A stretch of 60,107 nt of DNA, filler included, from an uncultured bacterium (lineage in GTDB: Bacteria > DAOPZR01): the NCBI GenBank assembly GCA_964637655.1. It is 2 parts of 2 records of this genome, joined end to end, with 100 filler letters (N's around TTAATTAATTAA, not from the genome) between each part and the next. Parts side by side here need not be neighbours in the genome. Positions count along the whole stretch, not along the records: positions 30,833 to 60,107 come from CAZWUZ010000014.1; 1 more part is not named here. The stretch is one strand, 5' to 3'. The notes below the pieces were generated by a model. It searched no databases. It had not been told where the DNA came from and worked only from the letters and a program-made list of their open reading frames with translations. Shown in pieces: positions 46,892-57,248 of this stretch (within the stretch, counting starts at the first letter, position 1; each line of letters opens with the position of its first letter). The position numbers and the translations under genes are program-made.

Positions 46892-47846
46892 GGTGGCGGA
46901 ACAGATGTATATCTTCTCGGGCAACGCGAACCGCGCGCTGGCGGAGGAGGTGGCCAACGGCTGCGGCACGACGCTGGGCGAGGCGAGCATCGTCCATTTC
47001 AGCGACGGCGAGATCAAGGTGCGCTACCCGCAGAGCATCCGCGCCGGCGACGTCTTCATCATCCAGCCGACCTGCAAACCGGTCAGCGACCACCTTATGG
47101 AACTGCTGATCATGATCGACGCGGCGGTGCGTGCGTCGGCCTCGCGGGTGACCGCGGTCATTCCCTACTTCGGCTACGCGCGGCAGGATCGCAAGGACGA
47201 ACCGCGCGTGTCGATCACCGCCAAACTCGTTGCCAACCTGCTCACCACGGCGGGGGTGCATCGCCTGCTGACCCTCGACCTGCACGCGGGGCAGATCCAG
47301 GGGTTCTTTGACATCCCGGTCGACCACCTCTACGGGGCGCCGGTGCTGGCGCAGTACTTCCGCGGTTTCGACAACCTCGTGGTGGTTTCGCCCGACGCCG
47401 GCGGGGTGCAGCGTGCCCGCGCCTTCGCCAAAATCCTCGACGAGGCGCCGCTGGCGATCATCGACAAGCGCCGCCCGCGCGCCAATGTCGCCGAGGTGAT
47501 GAATATCATCGGCGATGTCAGGGGGAAGCGCGCGGTGCTGGTGGACGACATCATTGACACGGCGGGGACCATCGTGCACGCGGCGGCTGCGCTCAAGGCG
47601 GCGGGCGCGGTCGAGGTCTACGCCTGCTGCTCGCACGGGGTCTTCTCGGGCCCGGCGCTCGAACGGATCGGCGGGTCGTGCCTGCAGAAGGTGGTGACCA
47701 CCAACACGCTGCGGCACGAAGCGCTGCCGGCCAACATCGCGCAGCTGTCGGTGGCGCCGCTGCTGGCGGACGCGGTCATGCGCATCCACTCCGGGGCGTC
47801 GCTGTCGACGCTGTTTGCCGGGACGCGGCCGGCGGGTGAACGGTGA
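46878..47846 (+). CDS. prs: Ribose-phosphate pyrophosphokinase
   Basis: FSDGEI, PYFGYARQDRK, DLHAGQIQGFF, VDDIIDTAGT. Confidence 0.97.
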   Translation: MEERKVAEQMYIFSGNANRALAEEVANGCGTTLGEASIVHFSDGEIKVRYPQSIRAGDVFIIQPTCKPVSDHLMELLIMIDAAVRASASRVTAVIPYFGYARQDRKDEPRVSITAKLVANLLTTAGVHRLLTLDLHAGQIQGFFDIPVDHLYGAPVLAQYFRGFDNLVVVSPDAGGVQRARAFAKILDEAPLAIIDKRRPRANVAEVMNIIGDVRGKRAVLVDDIIDTAGTIVHAAAALKAAGAVEVYACCSHGVFSGPALERIGGSCLQKVVTTNTLRHEALPANIAQLSVAPLLADAVMRIHSGASLSTLFAGTRPAGER

Positions 47847-48130
47847 AACGGAGCGACCTGGTCGCGCGCCTCGCGGCGCGCGGCGGCTGGACCGCGACCG
47901 AGGCGGCGCGCATGCTCGATGAGGTCATCGCGACGCTGGCGGGCGGGTTGCGGACGGGGCGGCGCGCGGAACTGCGCGGCTTCGGTGTGTTCAGCGTCAA
48001 GCAGCGGGCGGAACGGCGCACGCGCGATATCAACACCGGCGGCGAACTGCGCATTCGCGCCCACCGGACCGTGGCGTTTCGCGCCGGGCGCGAATTGCAG
48101 CAGCGGATCAACGCGGGGCCGCCATGCTGA
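47843..48130 (+). CDS. IHF-beta/HU-family DNA-binding protein
   Basis: ELRGFGVF...F.AG.EL..RIN. Confidence 0.85.
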   Translation: MKRSDLVARLAARGGWTATEAARMLDEVIATLAGGLRTGRRAELRGFGVFSVKQRAERRTRDINTGGELRIRAHRTVAFRAGRELQQRINAGPPC

Positions 48131-48729
48131 CCGGCGCGGCGCTGCTCGGGATTGCCTATCTGCTCGGGGCGGTGCCGTGCGGCTACCTGCTCGGGCGCTA
48201 CGTGTGGCATGTCGATATCCGCACGCAGGGAAGCCAGAATATCGGGGCAACCAATCTCGCGCGGGTGGTGGGCAGGCCGTGGGGGGGCGCGGCCTTTGCC
48301 GCGGCGTTCCTGCTTGATTTCGGCAAGGGGTACCTCGCCGTGCTGCTGGTGCAGCTGCTGGCCCCGGGCAGGTGGGCGGAGTACGCGCAGGTGGCGGCGG
48401 CGCTGGCGGTCATCGTCGGGCACAACTGGACGGTTTTCCTCGGCTTCAAGGGGGGCAAGGGCGTGGCCACGTCGCTGGGCGTGCTGACCTGCCTCGCCCC
48501 GAAGGGGGCGGGCATCGCCCTGCTGGCCTTCCTCATCTGTTTCGGGGTGTCGCACATCATCTCACTCTCGTCCATTGCCGCGGCGGTGGTGCTGCCGCTG
48601 GCGGCGGCGTACCTGCGCCTGCGTCCGCCCGTGTTGCTCTTCGTGGCCCTGGCGGGCATCCTCGTCATCGTGCGGCATCGCGCCAATATCGGGCGCCTGC
48701 TGCGCGGTACGGAGAAGCGGATCTTCTGA
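48124..48729 (+). CDS. plsY: Glycerol-3-phosphate acyltransferase
   Basis: GSQNIGATN, GHNW, FKGGKGVAT, RHRANI.RL. Confidence 0.95.
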   Translation: MLTGAALLGIAYLLGAVPCGYLLGRYVWHVDIRTQGSQNIGATNLARVVGRPWGGAAFAAAFLLDFGKGYLAVLLVQLLAPGRWAEYAQVAAALAVIVGHNWTVFLGFKGGKGVATSLGVLTCLAPKGAGIALLAFLICFGVSHIISLSSIAAAVVLPLAAAYLRLRPPVLLFVALAGILVIVRHRANIGRLLRGTEKRIF

Positions 48730-48877
48730 TGGTACCGGAAAGCGCTGCGCCGCCTGCTGGAACCCGCAGGCTGCGCGGCACGGAGAGGCGGCTCTTGATG
48801 GCACCGGAAAGCGCTGCGCCGCCTGCTGGAACCCGCAGGCTGCGCGGCACGGAGAGGCAACTCTGCTGATGGCACCG
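48700..48877. repeat. ~69-bp tandem repeat of the plsY/gpsA junction
   Basis: Three copies of CTGCGCGG(T/C)ACGGAGA..TGATGG(T/C)ACCG separated by two identical GAAAGCGCTGCGCCGCCTGCTGGAACCCGCAGG units. Confidence 0.9.
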
Positions 48878-49852
48878 TTGCTGGTGCTGGGGGGCGGCAG
48901 CTGGGGCACCGCGCTGGCGGCCCTGCTTGCCGCCCGCGGTCACGCGGTGGCGCTCTGGGAATACGACGCGGCGCGGCGCGCGGAACTGCGGCGCACGCGC
49001 GGGCATCGCGCGCTGGGTGCCCTGCGCCTGCCGGAGACGGTGACGCTGCTCGATGGACCGATAGCCGACGCGGCCGGGGTGGTGGTGGCGGTGCCGTCGC
49101 ATACGGTGCGCGTGACCGCCACGCTCTTTGCCGCCGCCATCGCCGCGGCGCCGTGGACCGTGAGCGCGGCCAAGGGCGTCGAAGAGCAGACCTTCTGCCG
49201 CATGAGCGAAGTCATCGTGCAGGGGGCGGGCGTTGACGCGGCGCGCGTCGGGGCGCTGACGGGGCCGAGCCACGCGGAGGAGGTGGCGGCCGACCAGCCC
49301 ACCTCGGTGGTGGCGGCGTTTTCCGCGCTGGTGCTGGCGCGCACGGTGCAGGAAGTGCTCAGCACGCCGCGTTTCCGCGTCTATGCCGCGGATGACCTGG
49401 CCGGGGCGGAATTCGGGGGCGCACTCAAAAACGTGATCGCCATCGCCTCGGGGATTGCCGACGGGCTTGGCTGCGGTGACAATGCCCGCGCGGCCCTGAT
49501 GACCCGCGGCCTGCGCGAGATGGTGCGTCTGGGGACCGCGCTCGGGGCGCGGGCGGAAACCTTTGCCGGGTTGTCGGGGATGGGCGACCTCATCGTCACC
49601 TGCACCAGCCGGCACTCGCGCAACCGCCGTCTGGGTGAGCTGCTCGGGCGCGGCCTGCCACTGGCGGCAGCCGCAGCGGAACTCGGCATGGTGGCGGAAG
49701 GGGTGCGCACCTGCGCGGCAGTGCACGCGCTGGCCGGGGCGCGCGGTCTCACGCTGCCGGTGACGGCCGAAGTACACGGCATTCTGTATGACGGGCAACC
49801 GCCGCGGGCGGCGGTGGAAAATCTGATGCGAAGGACGCTGGCTGATGAATGA
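48869..49852 (+). CDS. gpsA: NAD(P)H-dependent glycerol-3-phosphate dehydrogenase
   Basis: GGGSWGTA, GPSHAEEV, GGALKNVIAI, GDLIVTCTSRHSRN. Confidence 0.96.
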   Translation: MAPLLVLGGGSWGTALAALLAARGHAVALWEYDAARRAELRRTRGHRALGALRLPETVTLLDGPIADAAGVVVAVPSHTVRVTATLFAAAIAAAPWTVSAAKGVEEQTFCRMSEVIVQGAGVDAARVGALTGPSHAEEVAADQPTSVVAAFSALVLARTVQEVLSTPRFRVYAADDLAGAEFGGALKNVIAIASGIADGLGCGDNARAALMTRGLREMVRLGTALGARAETFAGLSGMGDLIVTCTSRHSRNRRLGELLGRGLPLAAAAAELGMVAEGVRTCAAVHALAGARGLTLPVTAEVHGILYDGQPPRAAVENLMRRTLADE

Positions 49853-50153
49853 CCTCCCGGGCCCGGCGCTGACGCGGCGCGATTTGCAGCGCGCGCTGGT
49901 GCGGCTGGGCCTGCACGAAGCGCGGGCGCAGGACATCGTCGGCTGGCTGCTCGACGAAATCGCCGCGGAACTGGCACGTTCCGGCAAGGTGGTCATCAGC
50001 GGCTTCGGCACGTTCCGTGTTGTGGCGCGGCGCGCGCGGCGCGCGCACAATCCGAAAACCGGCGTGGCGGTCAGCGTCCCGGCCAAGCGGGTGGTGACCT
50101 TTCAGGTCAGCCGCGAACTGAAGAAGACCTTCAATGGTTCCGGAGGTGCGTGA
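49845..50153 (+). CDS. ihfA: IHF-alpha-like protein
   Basis: ISGFGTF..NPKTG..KRVVTF..S..LK; followed by MerR as is usual for ihfA. Confidence 0.8.
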   Translation: MNDLPGPALTRRDLQRALVRLGLHEARAQDIVGWLLDEIAAELARSGKVVISGFGTFRVVARRARRAHNPKTGVAVSVPAKRVVTFQVSRELKKTFNGSGGA

Positions 50154-50470
50154 TGAGCGACCCGGTGCTGCCCGACAAACTGTTTTTCACCATCAAGGAA
50201 GCGGCGCAGCTGTGCGCGGTGGAACCGCATGTGCTGCGCTACTGGGAAAAGATGTTTCCGGAACTGGCGCCCGACAAGAGTGAGACGGGGCAGCGGGTCT
50301 ACCGCCGGCACAATATCGAGCGGTTCCTGCAGGTGCGGCGCCTGCTCTACGAGGACGGGTTCACCATTGCCGGGGCGAAAAAGATGCTGCAGCAGCCGCC
50401 GGCAGTCGCTGACCGCGGTGAACTGCAGGCCATACTCGAGGAAGTGCGCGCCATCCGCGCGCTGCTGTGA
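50150..50470 (+). CDS. MerR-family regulator
   Basis: [33 protein letters not shown]. Confidence 0.92.
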   Translation: MMSDPVLPDKLFFTIKEAAQLCAVEPHVLRYWEKMFPELAPDKSETGQRVYRRHNIERFLQVRRLLYEDGFTIAGAKKMLQQPPAVADRGELQAILEEVRAIRALL

Positions 50471-50481
50471 GGGAGGGGACC

Positions 50482-51378
50482 ATGTTTATCGCCTGTGAAC
50501 AGTGCGGCACGGAACTGGATGTCTCCGGGTACCGCCCGGGACAGAAGGGCAAGTGCCCCGAGTGCGGGGCACTGCTGGTGGTGCCGGCGGCGGCGGAGCG
50601 CCCGCCGCTGCGCGAGGTGCCGCCCCCCGCGCCGGAACCGGAACCCGAAGTCGAACCGGAACCGGAAGCTGAACCGGTCGCTGCTGCCGGGGAGAGCGGT
50701 GAGGAAGAGGACGTCCCGGCCGGCACTGCCGGGCATCAGCCGCTCTGGCTGGGGGTCGTGGTGCTGATTGTCGGGCTGATTATCGTTGCCGCGGCGTTCA
50801 ATTACTTCTTCGGGAGCAGTGCGGAAACGCCGGCCACGGTGGCTGCCGGTACGGCCGATTCGCCTGCCGTCCTGCCGGTGCCGCTGGCCGGACAGACCGT
50901 TGCCGCGGTGCGCCCGGAAACGGCTGTTGTGCGCACTCCGGCGGCACCGGTGCGTCCGCCGGCCCCGGCGGCTGCACCCGCGCGCCCGACCCCGACTCCA
51001 TCACCGGCGCCAGCGGCTGCACCGCCCGCCCCGGCACCGGCGGTGCGGCCGGCACCCGTTGCCCCGACGCCGGCGCCGCGCAGCAGCGGCACCATCACGG
51101 TGAAAATCCTCAATGCGACGGGCGTGGACGGGCTGGCGGCGGAACTGGAACGCAAGCTGGAACAGGCGAACCCGAACATCCGCGTCATTTCCGTCGGCAC
51201 GCACGCCGGCGCGTCGGTGGAAACGGTCGTCTACGACAAGCATTACCGCATGGAGGCGACGCAGACCGTCCAACGGGCGCTCGGGCTCGGGCGGGTGACG
51301 CAGAATCCCGACAATGACAACCGCTATCCCTATGACGTGCTGGTGGTCATCGGCACGGACTACCTGCGGCAGCGGTAG
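50482..51378 (+). CDS. Zn-ribbon / TM / Pro-rich / LytR C-terminal domain protein
   Basis: CEQC..CPEC; VKILNATGVDGLA...DVLVVIGTDY. Confidence 0.8.
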   Translation: MFIACEQCGTELDVSGYRPGQKGKCPECGALLVVPAAAERPPLREVPPPAPEPEPEVEPEPEAEPVAAAGESGEEEDVPAGTAGHQPLWLGVVVLIVGLIIVAAAFNYFFGSSAETPATVAAGTADSPAVLPVPLAGQTVAAVRPETAVVRTPAAPVRPPAPAAAPARPTPTPSPAPAAAPPAPAPAVRPAPVAPTPAPRSSGTITVKILNATGVDGLAAELERKLEQANPNIRVISVGTHAGASVETVVYDKHYRMEATQTVQRALGLGRVTQNPDNDNRYPYDVLVVIGTDYLRQR

Positions 51379-51380
51379 CC

Positions 51381-52127
51381 ATGACGATGACTGCAGCGGC
51401 GGCCACCGGGTTCGACCTGGTGCTGCCGTTCTACAACGAGGCGGCGGGCGCGGAGGAGACGGTGACGGCGCTGGCGACCGCGCTGGCCGCCGCCGGCGCC
51501 GACTACCACCTGGTGCTGGTCGACAACGGATCGCGTGACGGCACGGGCACCCTGCTTGCCCGCCTCGCGGCGGCCAACCCGCGGCTGCGGGTGGTGACCG
51601 TGCCGGTCAACCGCGGCTACGGGCACGGCATCCGGGCCGGGCTTGATGCCTGCACCGCGCCGGTTGCCGGCTGGCTCGACGGTGACGGGCAGGTGGCGCC
51701 GGACGACGTGCTGCGGGTCTGGCGCGCGCTCGGGCAGGGGGACGCGGACATCGCCAAGGCGCGGCGCATGACGCGGGGCGACACGCGCACGCGGCGCTTC
51801 GTTTCCCAGGTCTTCAACATCATGTTCCGCTGGCTGTTCGGCATCGAGTCGTTCGATCTCAATGCCAAGCCGAAATTCTTCCATACCCGCCTGCTGCGCG
51901 ACCTGCGGCTGGTCGCCGACGACTGGTTCATCGATACGGAACTGATGATCAAGGCGGCGCGCCTCGGGTTGCGCTTAGTGACGGTGGATGTGCATTTCCT
52001 GACGCGGCCGGCGGGCGCATCGCATGTGCGCCTGGCGACAATCCGCGAATTTCTGGTGAATCTGCTGCGCTACCGCTGCGGCGGGCCGCTGCGGGCGTGG
52101 GCAAAGGAGCGAGCGCAATGCAAGTGA
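51381..52127 (+). CDS. GT2 (polyprenol-phosphate glycosyltransferase-like)
   Basis: PFYNE, VDNGSRDGT, NRGYG, LDGDGQ. Confidence 0.9.
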   Translation: MTMTAAAATGFDLVLPFYNEAAGAEETVTALATALAAAGADYHLVLVDNGSRDGTGTLLARLAAANPRLRVVTVPVNRGYGHGIRAGLDACTAPVAGWLDGDGQVAPDDVLRVWRALGQGDADIAKARRMTRGDTRTRRFVSQVFNIMFRWLFGIESFDLNAKPKFFHTRLLRDLRLVADDWFIDTELMIKAARLGLRLVTVDVHFLTRPAGASHVRLATIREFLVNLLRYRCGGPLRAWAKERAQCK

Positions 52128-52894
52128 TCATTCTCTGCGGAGGGAAGGGAACGCGGCTGCACGAGGAAACGGGCACCCGCCCCAAGCCGCTGGTCGAGAT
52201 CGGCGGCAAGCCCATTCTCTGGCATATCATGCAGGGGTATGCCGCGGCCGGGTACTCCGATTTCATCCTCTGCCTCGGCTATCTCGGGCATATGATCAAG
52301 GATTACTTCCTGCACTACGACGAGATGAACAGCGATTTCACCATCAGCCTCAAAACCCAGCAGCGGCGCATGCTCCGCCCGCACCGCGAAAACTGGAACG
52401 TCACGCTGGTCGATACCGGCCCGGAGACGCAGACGGCGGAACGGCTGATGCGGGTGCTGCCGTATGTGAAGGGGCCGCGGGCGATGGTCACCTACGGCGA
52501 CGGGGTGGCGGATGTCGACCTCAAGGCGCTGGTGAAGTTTCACCGGGCGCAGGGGCGGCTGGGGACGGTCACCGGGGTGCATCCCGTGTCGCGCTTCGGC
52601 GAACTGCAACTCAACGGCAATGTCGTCACCACGTTTTCGGAGAAGCCGCAGGTGGATGACGGGTGGATCAACGGCGGCTTCTTCGTCTTCGAACGGAAAT
52701 TTTTCACGCACTACCTGCAGGCGGGCGTGATGCTCGAACGCCAGCCGCTCGAACGGCTGGCGCAGGACCGGCAACTCGCCTTTTTCCGGCATGACGGGTT
52801 CTGGCGCTGCATGGATACCTACCGCGACTGGCAGTCGCTCAACGAACAGTACGCGCGCGGCGACGCGCCGTGGCTCAAGGGAGGAACGCGATGA
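52118..52894 (+). CDS. rfbF: Glucose-1-phosphate cytidylyltransferase
   Basis: [36 protein letters not shown]. Confidence 0.93.
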   Translation: MQVIILCGGKGTRLHEETGTRPKPLVEIGGKPILWHIMQGYAAAGYSDFILCLGYLGHMIKDYFLHYDEMNSDFTISLKTQQRRMLRPHRENWNVTLVDTGPETQTAERLMRVLPYVKGPRAMVTYGDGVADVDLKALVKFHRAQGRLGTVTGVHPVSRFGELQLNGNVVTTFSEKPQVDDGWINGGFFVFERKFFTHYLQAGVMLERQPLERLAQDRQLAFFRHDGFWRCMDTYRDWQSLNEQYARGDAPWLKGGTR

Positions 52895-53871
52895 GCGCAT
52901 TCTGGAAGAACCGCCGGGTCTTCGTTACCGGGGCCACCGGGCTGCTGGGCGGCTGGCTGACGAAAGCGCTGCTCGAACAGGCGGCGGAGGTGACGGTGCT
53001 GGTGCGCGACCGCGTGCCGGCCAGCAACCTGCAGCGCCTCGGTCTGGTTGACCGGGTGAACACGGTGCATGGCGACCTCGAGGACTACGACCTGCTCGAG
53101 CGCGCGCTCAACGAGTACGAGACTGACACGGTTTTCCATCTCGGGGCGCAGACCATCGTGCAGACGGCGAACCGCAACCCGCTCGGCACCTTCCGCGCCA
53201 ACGTGGCGGGGACGTGGAACCTGCTCGAGGCGGCGCGGCGCAACGGCAAACTGGTGCAGCGCGTGCTCGTGGCGTCGAGTGACAAGGCCTACGGCACCGC
53301 CGATGTGCTCCCCTACGACGAGCAGACCCCGCTGCGCGGACAGCATCCCTACGACGTGTCGAAATCCTGCGCCGACCTCATCGCGCAGGCCTATGTCACG
53401 ACGTACGGGCTGCCGGTCTGCGTGACCCGCTGCGGCAACCTGTTCGGCGGCGGCGACCTCAACTTCAACCGCATCGTGCCGGGGACCATCCGCTCGCTGC
53501 TTGACGGCGAACGCCCGGTGATCCGCAGCGACGGTAAATTCCTGCGCGACTACATCTACGTCGAGGACGCGGCGGCGGGCTACCTGACCATCGCCGAACA
53601 GATGTCCCGCCCGGACGTGGCGGGCCAGGCGTTCAATCTCAGCTACGAACAGCCCCAGACGGTGCTCGCGCTGACGGAGCATATCACCCGGCTGGTCGGG
53701 CGCACTGACCTGCAGCCGGAGATCCGCAACGAGGCGTCGGGCGAGATCCGCGAGCAGCACCTGTCGGCGGCGAAAGCGAAGCGCCTGCTCGGCTGGCAGC
53801 CGCAGGTCGCTCTCGACGAGGGGTTGCGGCGCACCATCGTCTGGTATCGCGACTGGCTGGCGGCGCACTGA
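52891..53871 (+). CDS. rfbG: CDP-glucose 4,6-dehydratase-like NAD-dependent enzyme
   Basis: [35 protein letters not shown]. Confidence 0.8.
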   Translation: MSAFWKNRRVFVTGATGLLGGWLTKALLEQAAEVTVLVRDRVPASNLQRLGLVDRVNTVHGDLEDYDLLERALNEYETDTVFHLGAQTIVQTANRNPLGTFRANVAGTWNLLEAARRNGKLVQRVLVASSDKAYGTADVLPYDEQTPLRGQHPYDVSKSCADLIAQAYVTTYGLPVCVTRCGNLFGGGDLNFNRIVPGTIRSLLDGERPVIRSDGKFLRDYIYVEDAAAGYLTIAEQMSRPDVAGQAFNLSYEQPQTVLALTEHITRLVGRTDLQPEIRNEASGEIREQHLSAAKAKRLLGWQPQVALDEGLRRTIVWYRDWLAAH

Positions 53872-53873
53872 CC

Positions 53874-54752
53874 ATGACGCTGGCCGGGCGGCGCTGCCTC
53901 GTTACGGGGGGGGGCGGTTTTCTGGGCCGCGCGCTGGTCGCGCGGCTGCGCGCGCTCGGGGCGCTGGTGCAGACGCTCGATGCCCCGTCGGCCGCCGCTG
54001 ATTTCGCGCTTGACCTGGCGCAGCCCGAGGCGGTGCGGCTGGCCGTGCCGGCCGCGTGCCCGGAATATGTGTTCCATCTCGCCGCGGTGACCCGCGTACG
54101 ACCCGGGGACGAGGCGCGGGCCTGGGCGGCTAATGTCACCGGCACGGCCAACCTGCTGGCGGCGCTGGGGGACAATCCCGCCCCGGTGGTGCTGGTGAGC
54201 AGCGCGGAAGTGTACGGCGACGCGCCGCTGCCATACGACGAGACCGCAGTGCCGCAACCGCGCAGCGCGTACGGCATCAGCAAACTGGCCGCGGAGCAGC
54301 TGCTGGTGCTGGCGGCTGACCGCGGCCGGGCTGCGGCCGTCGTCCGCCCGACGGTCATCTACGGGCCCGGGCAGGCACCGCACATGCTCATCCCCGAGAT
54401 GGCCGGCCGGGTGCGGCGCCACGAGGAACTGCTGACCACGCCCGGAGAACAGCAGCGCGACCTGCTCTACGTCGCGGATGCCGCGGCGGGCGTGATGGCG
54501 GCCGCGGCGGCCGCGTCGCCCGCCTGCCCGGTCTGCAACCTCGGCAGCGGGACGACGGTGACCGTGGCGGAAATCGTCGCGGAACTGCGGCGGCTGGCGG
54601 GTCACACGGCGCCCTGGCGGCGCGACCTGCCGTACCGCGCGCACGAGGTGATGCGCTACGCGGTGACCGTGGCGCGGGCGGAGCGGCTGCTTGGCTGGCG
54701 GGCAACGACTGACTGGCATGACGGCCTGCAGCAGACGCTGGCGGCGGCGTGA
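53874..54752 (+). CDS. NAD-dependent epimerase/reductase
   Basis: TGGGGFLG, SSAEVYG, YGISK. Confidence 0.85.
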   Translation: MTLAGRRCLVTGGGGFLGRALVARLRALGALVQTLDAPSAAADFALDLAQPEAVRLAVPAACPEYVFHLAAVTRVRPGDEARAWAANVTGTANLLAALGDNPAPVVLVSSAEVYGDAPLPYDETAVPQPRSAYGISKLAAEQLLVLAADRGRAAAVVRPTVIYGPGQAPHMLIPEMAGRVRRHEELLTTPGEQQRDLLYVADAAAGVMAAAAAASPACPVCNLGSGTTVTVAEIVAELRRLAGHTAPWRRDLPYRAHEVMRYAVTVARAERLLGWRATTDWHDGLQQTLAAA

Positions 54753-55486
54753 TGGAAACAAACTACTACGCGGAGTACTACTACTACGAGGAACGCCACT
54801 GGTACTTCATCGCGCGCCGGCGCATCCTGCTCGACCTGCTGGCGCGGGCGGTGCCGCCCGACGGCAGCAGGCGCGTGCTCGACATCGGCTGCGGCACCGG
54901 CATCATCCTCCCCGACCTGCAGCGCTGGGGCGCCGTGACGGGGCTGGACAGTTCGCCGGTGGCCCTCGACTTCTGCCGGCAGCGGGGGGCGGCGTGCGTG
55001 CGCGACGGGAGCGCGACGGCGACGGGAGTGCCCGACGCGTCGCAGGACATCGTCACTTCGCTCGACGTCATCGAGCACGTTGCCGATGACGCGGCGGCCG
55101 TGGCGGAATGCGCGCGCGTGCTGGTGCCGGGCGGAACGCTGCTGCTGACCGTGCCGGCGCTCCCCGCGCTCTGGAGCCACCACGACGTCATCAACCAGCA
55201 CCGCCGGCGCTACCGCGCGGCGCAGCTGGCGGCGGTGGTGCGCGGGGCGGGACTGACGCTGATACAACTGAGCCACTTCAACACCGTGCTGCTCCCCGCG
55301 GTCGTCGCGGTGCGCGCGCTGCAGAAACTGCGCGCCCGCACGCTCGAGGCGAAGCACGACATGCATCTGCCGCCGGCGCCGGTCAATGCGCTGCTGACAC
55401 ACCTCTTCGCCGCGGAACGCTTCTGGCTGCGCGGCGCCACTCTGCCGCTGGGGGTATCACTCGTATGTCTCGCGAAGAAACCGTAA
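54752..55486 (+). CDS. Class I SAM methyltransferase
   Basis: LDIGCGTG, LDVIEH, HDVINQHRRRY. Confidence 0.9.
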   Translation: METNYYAEYYYYEERHWYFIARRRILLDLLARAVPPDGSRRVLDIGCGTGIILPDLQRWGAVTGLDSSPVALDFCRQRGAACVRDGSATATGVPDASQDIVTSLDVIEHVADDAAAVAECARVLVPGGTLLLTVPALPALWSHHDVINQHRRRYRAAQLAAVVRGAGLTLIQLSHFNTVLLPAVVAVRALQKLRARTLEAKHDMHLPPAPVNALLTHLFAAERFWLRGATLPLGVSLVCLAKKP

Positions 55487-56127
55487 CTGTCGCACGCGCG
55501 CGCCTGCGCGCACTCTATGCCGGGCTCGGCTACGGCTCGTTCTATGCCGCCGTGCGCGAGGCGCTCTGCCCGTTCTTCTTTATCGAACAGCACCTGCCGC
55601 GGACGGGGACGATTGTCGATATCGGCTGCGGCTACGGCCTGATGGCCAATGTCATCCGCCTGATGGGCGGTACGGAGCGCACGGTCTTCGGGGTCGACCT
55701 CTCCGCCTATCGCATCGCCAAGGCGCAGGCCACCGTGCAGGCGGGGGATGAGCACCTGCGCTTTATCTGCGCCGACATCCGCACCGCCGCGCTCCCTCCC
55801 GCGGACGGCGTCACCATGATCGATTTCCTGCACCATATCCCGTTTGCCCTGCAGGAGGAGGTGCTGGCCCAGCTGCCGCGCATCCTCTCGCCGCAGGGGG
55901 TGGTGGTGATCAAGGAGTTTGCCGACCGCCCGCGCTGGAAATACTGGGCCACCTTGCTCTTCGAGGCGGTGTTCTACCCGAAGGACAAACTGACCTACCG
56001 CCCCATCCCCGAGTGGCAGCGTCTGCTCGAAAGCCTGGGGTTCGCGGTCGAACTGCACGAGGAACACCGCGGCAGTTTTGTGCCGTCGGTGATGCTCGTT
56101 GCCCGCCGGAGTGCCGGTTGCCGCTGA
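55465..56127 (+). CDS. Class I SAM methyltransferase
   Basis: VDIGCGYG, IDFLHHI; start uncertain. Confidence 0.82.
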   Translation: MSREETVTVARARLRALYAGLGYGSFYAAVREALCPFFFIEQHLPRTGTIVDIGCGYGLMANVIRLMGGTERTVFGVDLSAYRIAKAQATVQAGDEHLRFICADIRTAALPPADGVTMIDFLHHIPFALQEEVLAQLPRILSPQGVVVIKEFADRPRWKYWATLLFEAVFYPKDKLTYRPIPEWQRLLESLGFAVELHEEHRGSFVPSVMLVARRSAGCR

Positions 56128-56132
56128 GGCGG

Positions 56133-57248
56133 TCATGTCGGCTCCGCCCGGGCCTGTGCCAGCAGCGGCTGCAACCAGGCACGAATCGTTTCACCCGCTG
56201 CCGTCGGGTGGGAAAACCAGAGAAAATGATCGGCGTCCGGCCAGACAACGAGTTGTACCTGTGCCCCGGCATGGCGCAGGGCGGCGGCATGCCCGCGGAT
56301 GCGGGTGATGGCTACCCGGTTGTCACGCTCCCCGTGCAGGATGAGTACTGGCATGCCCTGCCAGGCGGCGGCACCTTCCCACCCGTCGGCAATACCGGTC
56401 TCGATGACCGGCGAAATGAGTACCACCGCGCGCGCCCGACCGGGACAGGCATAGACAAAACGGGTCGCGCCGATGCCGCCGTTGGACAGGCCGGCGACGA
56501 CCAGCGGGGTGTCATCGGGCGCGGCGGCGGCGAGCGTGGTGATGCCGCCCGGATGATGCCAGTTGCCGCAACCGAAAGTTGGGGCGATGACGGTGCAGGG
56601 CAACCGGTCAGCGATGCCTTTCCACACCTTCAGGTATGCGGCAAGATTGCCGCCGCTGCCGTGTGCGAAGAGGATGGTGGACTGCGCTGCGGGCGGCGCG
56701 TAGCGGTAGCGGTGACCGGTGCCGTTGCTGCCGAGCAGGTCGGCGACGGCGGCATGCAGTGCCGGGGCGCTGCGGTTGAATGCAGGGTCGGCATCCATCG
56801 CAACGTAGATAGCGTCGCTCCACCCGCGCAACCGGGCGCCGGTGGCAGCGTCGATGCCGGGATCAACCAGCGGCAGTAGCCGGGTGGCGAGCATAACGAC
56901 ATCGCGTTCCGGCAGATGGTAGAGTGGTGACCAGCAGGGGGGGCGTACAGCGTAGCCGCCAAGGAGGCGCGGGTCAGGCGCCTGCAACCAGGCAACGATG
57001 ACCAGTAGCGGCACAGTCGCCAGGATGAACAACCCCAGCAGGCGTCCCGTGCGGGGCAGGCGCTGCCGCCACGGCAGCAGCATGAGTCGGCAGCCGCACA
57101 GCACCAGACACAAGAACATGGCCACACCGAACGGGCTGCTGCTGGTGACGAGCCCCATACCGGAGAACATAATGATGCCGGTGCCGGAGCCGATGGCGAA
57201 AACGGTGCGCCAGGCGGATAGCCAGCGCCGGGGCGGAGTCGCTGTCAC
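56133..57248 (-). CDS. Membrane-anchored alpha/beta hydrolase
   Basis: HGSGG, GLSNG, HGERD, DADH triad; N-terminal TMs; start uncertain. Confidence 0.75.
   Translation of the reverse strand: MTATPPRRWLSAWRTVFAIGSGTGIIMFSGMGLVTSSSPFGVAMFLCLVLCGCRLMLLPWRQRLPRTGRLLGLFILATVPLLVIVAWLQAPDPRLLGGYAVRPPCWSPLYHLPERDVVMLATRLLPLVDPGIDAATGARLRGWSDAIYVAMDADPAFNRSAPALHAAVADLLGSNGTGHRYRYAPPAAQSTILFAHGSGGNLAAYLKVWKGIADRLPCTVIAPTFGCGNWHHPGGITTLAAAAPDDTPLVVAGLSNGGIGATRFVYACPGRARAVVLISPVIETGIADGWEGAAAWQGMPVLILHGERDNRVAITRIRGHAAALRHAGAQVQLVVWPDADHFLWFSHPTAAGETIRAWLQPLLAQARAEPT

Noticed and set aside
48700-48877. Mini CRISPR array
   Set aside because: The two spacers are identical, the repeats derive from the plsY/gpsA coding junction, and there are no cas genes
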